Below, piece after piece: positions 61,861 to 64,000 of a DNA stretch of 64,000 bases. The translations under genes and the position numbers were made by a program. A model generated the notes under the pieces. The model did not search any database, had not been told where the DNA came from, and was given only the letters and a program-made list of their open reading frames with translations. Within the stretch, counting starts at the first letter, position 1. The number at the start of each line of letters is the position of its first letter. The DNA comes from Antechinus flavipes. Taxonomy: Eukaryota. The DNA is taken from assembly GCF_016432865.1 (NCBI RefSeq), contig NC_067400.1:209870001-209934000 (forward strand), read 5' to 3'.

Positions 61861-63419
61861 ATTTGGAAAAACTCATCTTATAGTCCATTGTGTCCTTTAG
61901 AATTCATGTTCTTACACAAACTCACTTATAGTATCTTCAAATTTGGGAGCCAATATTTCTTCCACATCTTTTCTTTAATCAAAAATTTACATATCTACCA
62001 ACCTCTTCATTGATAGCTGCTCCTCCAATTGCTAGACATACTCTTTACTTTGTTTTCTTATACCTGAAATATTCTTCTCTCACCCAATTTATTGAATTCT
62101 TGACCATCCTTTACAAGGTGGCAAATGTCACCTACTATGTGAAAGTTTCCCTAGTAATAATATTGGTAATAACAGTTTATCTTTATAAAGCATAATGTTT
62201 TATTTATGTTTTCTCATTTGAGTTTAACAACAACAAAAAAATCTATGGGTAGGTGCTATTATTATCCCCACTTTACTGAAAGGAAACTAAACCTTTCCCC
62301 TCCTTCCTCATTATCATTCCAAAATCATTCCTCTATCACCATTCTTCAATGATTTCATGAAATCTTTTCATACCTATGACCTTTTTGCTCTCTATAGATC
62401 TTAGGGACATTCTTGTAACTTTTTCAGTGATTTCACTATCTGGAAAATGATCTTCTCTCTAGGATGGTCCAGATTTAGTGAGGATATAGGATTTATATAT
62501 AGGACCCTTTGCAAGGGTCAATACATATGTTTTGTAAATAAAAAGCTTTAATTAAAAAAAAAGGAATGCTGTTGATGAGAGTTTGAAGCTCAAATTAGCA
62601 TTGGTTACCCAGGGCAGAAGTTCCGGCAGTGAAAGGGTGAAGTCCTCCTATTGTTGTTAGCCTTATTTTTCTTTGCCAACTTCTGCTCATTTTGAATGCT
62701 GGTAATCCTGATATTATTCTTATAAGCCAATATCAAACTTTAGAATTCATTTTTAATCTTCTGTACATGTCTTTAAAAATATGTTTATTGATGAACTTCT
62801 GTCCTTCCCTATTGACATCTCTAAATACTTCCCCCATTTCCTCCTATCGGGGTAATTTCTCTTTACTTCTTACAAATTTCATACCTTTGAGCTTGTAAAA
62901 TTTATATACCTTGTAGAATTTTTAGTCCACAAAATCTTAGCTATCTATTTTTTCTCTGAATTCTTTGGAATCTGCTTCACAGAATTTGGGGTGCATGTAA
63001 ACACTAGGCTTAGCATCCTATGATTATACATATTAAGCTGACATTTTCCCCTCAAAAAAGTTCCATGATTTCTGCATTATGACCATTTCTTCCTTGTTGA
63101 TGAGAACCATATCCAGAATAATAGTTTTCCCTGTTTGTTCCTCTACTTTTTGAAGAATAACATTAAAATGGTGAGCCAACAAATTATTAGTTGCTCTACT
63201 TTTGGCAGAAGTACATGTTATTTCAAGTCTTATGGGATTTCATGGAAGAGATTATTAATTCCTGGAGGGATTGAATAATTAGGATTTATTGGATTGATAG
63301 AAAGGGAAACAACATGAAAAAAAAGAAAAAAAGGAAAGGAAAGAAAGGCATGGGGAGAAGAGGAAGAAAAGAGGGGAGGAAGAAAGAGAAGTGGAAGGAA
63401 GGAGAGGGGGAAGGAGAGA

Positions 63420-63670
63420 TGTTATAAGGTGGAATCAGCTGATTGTATTTGTGAAATGAGAGAGAGTAAAGTCAATGATATAGCCCAAAGGTTTTGAACA
63501 TGAGATATTGGGTAAATGGTGGTGATATAGACAGAAATAGAAAAGTCAGAAGGAAGAATGGTTTCAGGCAGGTATAAATTTGGACATATTGATCATAAAG
63601 TGCTAGTGGGGCATCATAAATTGAGAAGTTCTATAGAATGCTATTGATGTGGGAGCTGAGTGTGGACCAC
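63420..63670 (-). mobile_element. L2 fragment
   Basis: GAGAGTAAAGTCAATGAT...GTAAATGGTGGTG...TTTGGACATATTGA...GGGAGCTGAG. Confidence 0.6.
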
Positions 63671-63674
63671 AAAA

Positions 63675-64000
63675 AATATCATTTTTACTTTTTCTGTTGT
63701 TGTTTGCTTGCATTTTGTTTTCTTTCCCAGTTTTTTTGGAAACCTTCTGTTCCAACTTTTCCCCTCCTTCCCCCCACCTCCTCCCCTAGATGGCAGGTAG
63801 TCCAATACATGTTAAATATGCTAAAGTATATGTTAAACACAATATATGTATACATGTTTATACAGTTATCTTGCTGCACAAGAAAGATCGAATCTAAAAA
63901 GAAGGTAAAAAAAAAACCTGAGAAGGAAAACAAAAATGCAAACAAACAATAACAGAAAGAGTGGAAATGATATTTTGTGGTCCACAGTCATTTCCCATAG
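63675..64000 (-). mobile_element. Relatively young L1 3' end (runs off the window)
   Basis: T-tail...CCCCTAGATGGCAGGTAGTC...GCTGCACAAGAA...GATCGAATCT; homologous to 12880-13050 and 3845-4200. Confidence 0.85.

Larger units (their letters stand above)
50935..64000 (+). other. ARHGAP6: ARHGAP6 intron 1 (5' part)
   Basis: No exon 2 (GDFTWNSMSG...) is seen downstream; the sequence is AT-rich and repeat-filled; ARHGAP6 intron 1 is known to be very large. Confidence 0.85.

Noticed and set aside
50935-64000. Amelogenin (AMEL), known to be nested antisense in ARHGAP6 intron 1
   Set aside because: No signal-peptide exon (WILFACLLGAAFA) or P/H/Q-rich exon found on either strand; it is expected much further into the intron.

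Overview
Vertebrate genomic DNA: AT-rich, repeat-dense, with four N gaps at microsatellites or repeats. The repeat content (Mar1- and WSINE1-like SINEs, an RTE LINE, marsupial-type L1 ends, an OC1 hAT MITE) points to a marsupial, probably a dasyurid such as the Tasmanian devil (inference). The only protein-coding sequence I can support is coding exon 1 of ARHGAP6 (+ strand, 50317-50934, 206 codons, phase-0 GT donor). It follows a CpG-rich promoter/leader of about 1.3 kb that contains several upstream ATGs. Positions 1-49000 are upstream intergenic DNA and 50935-64000 is intron 1. The remainder is largely decayed L1, L2, CR1, RTE, SINEs, four hAT MITEs and a solo LTR; the other ORF-track entries are spurious or repeat-derived. 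I found no CRISPR array, no prokaryotic system and no clearly new gene system. The most unusual signals are: (1) an L1 ORF2 fragment with what looks like clustered A-to-G hypermutation, ADAR-like; (2) a 5'-truncated 5S rRNA fused head-to-head to a 5'-truncated RTE; (3) a near-full-length L2 bounded by an inverted copy of its own 3' end; (4) a horizontally transferred OC1 MITE; (5) the uORF-rich ARHGAP6 leader. Repeat family names and consensus comparisons come from memory and need RepeatMasker/Dfam confirmation. Repeat boundaries without a TSD or TIR are approximate.
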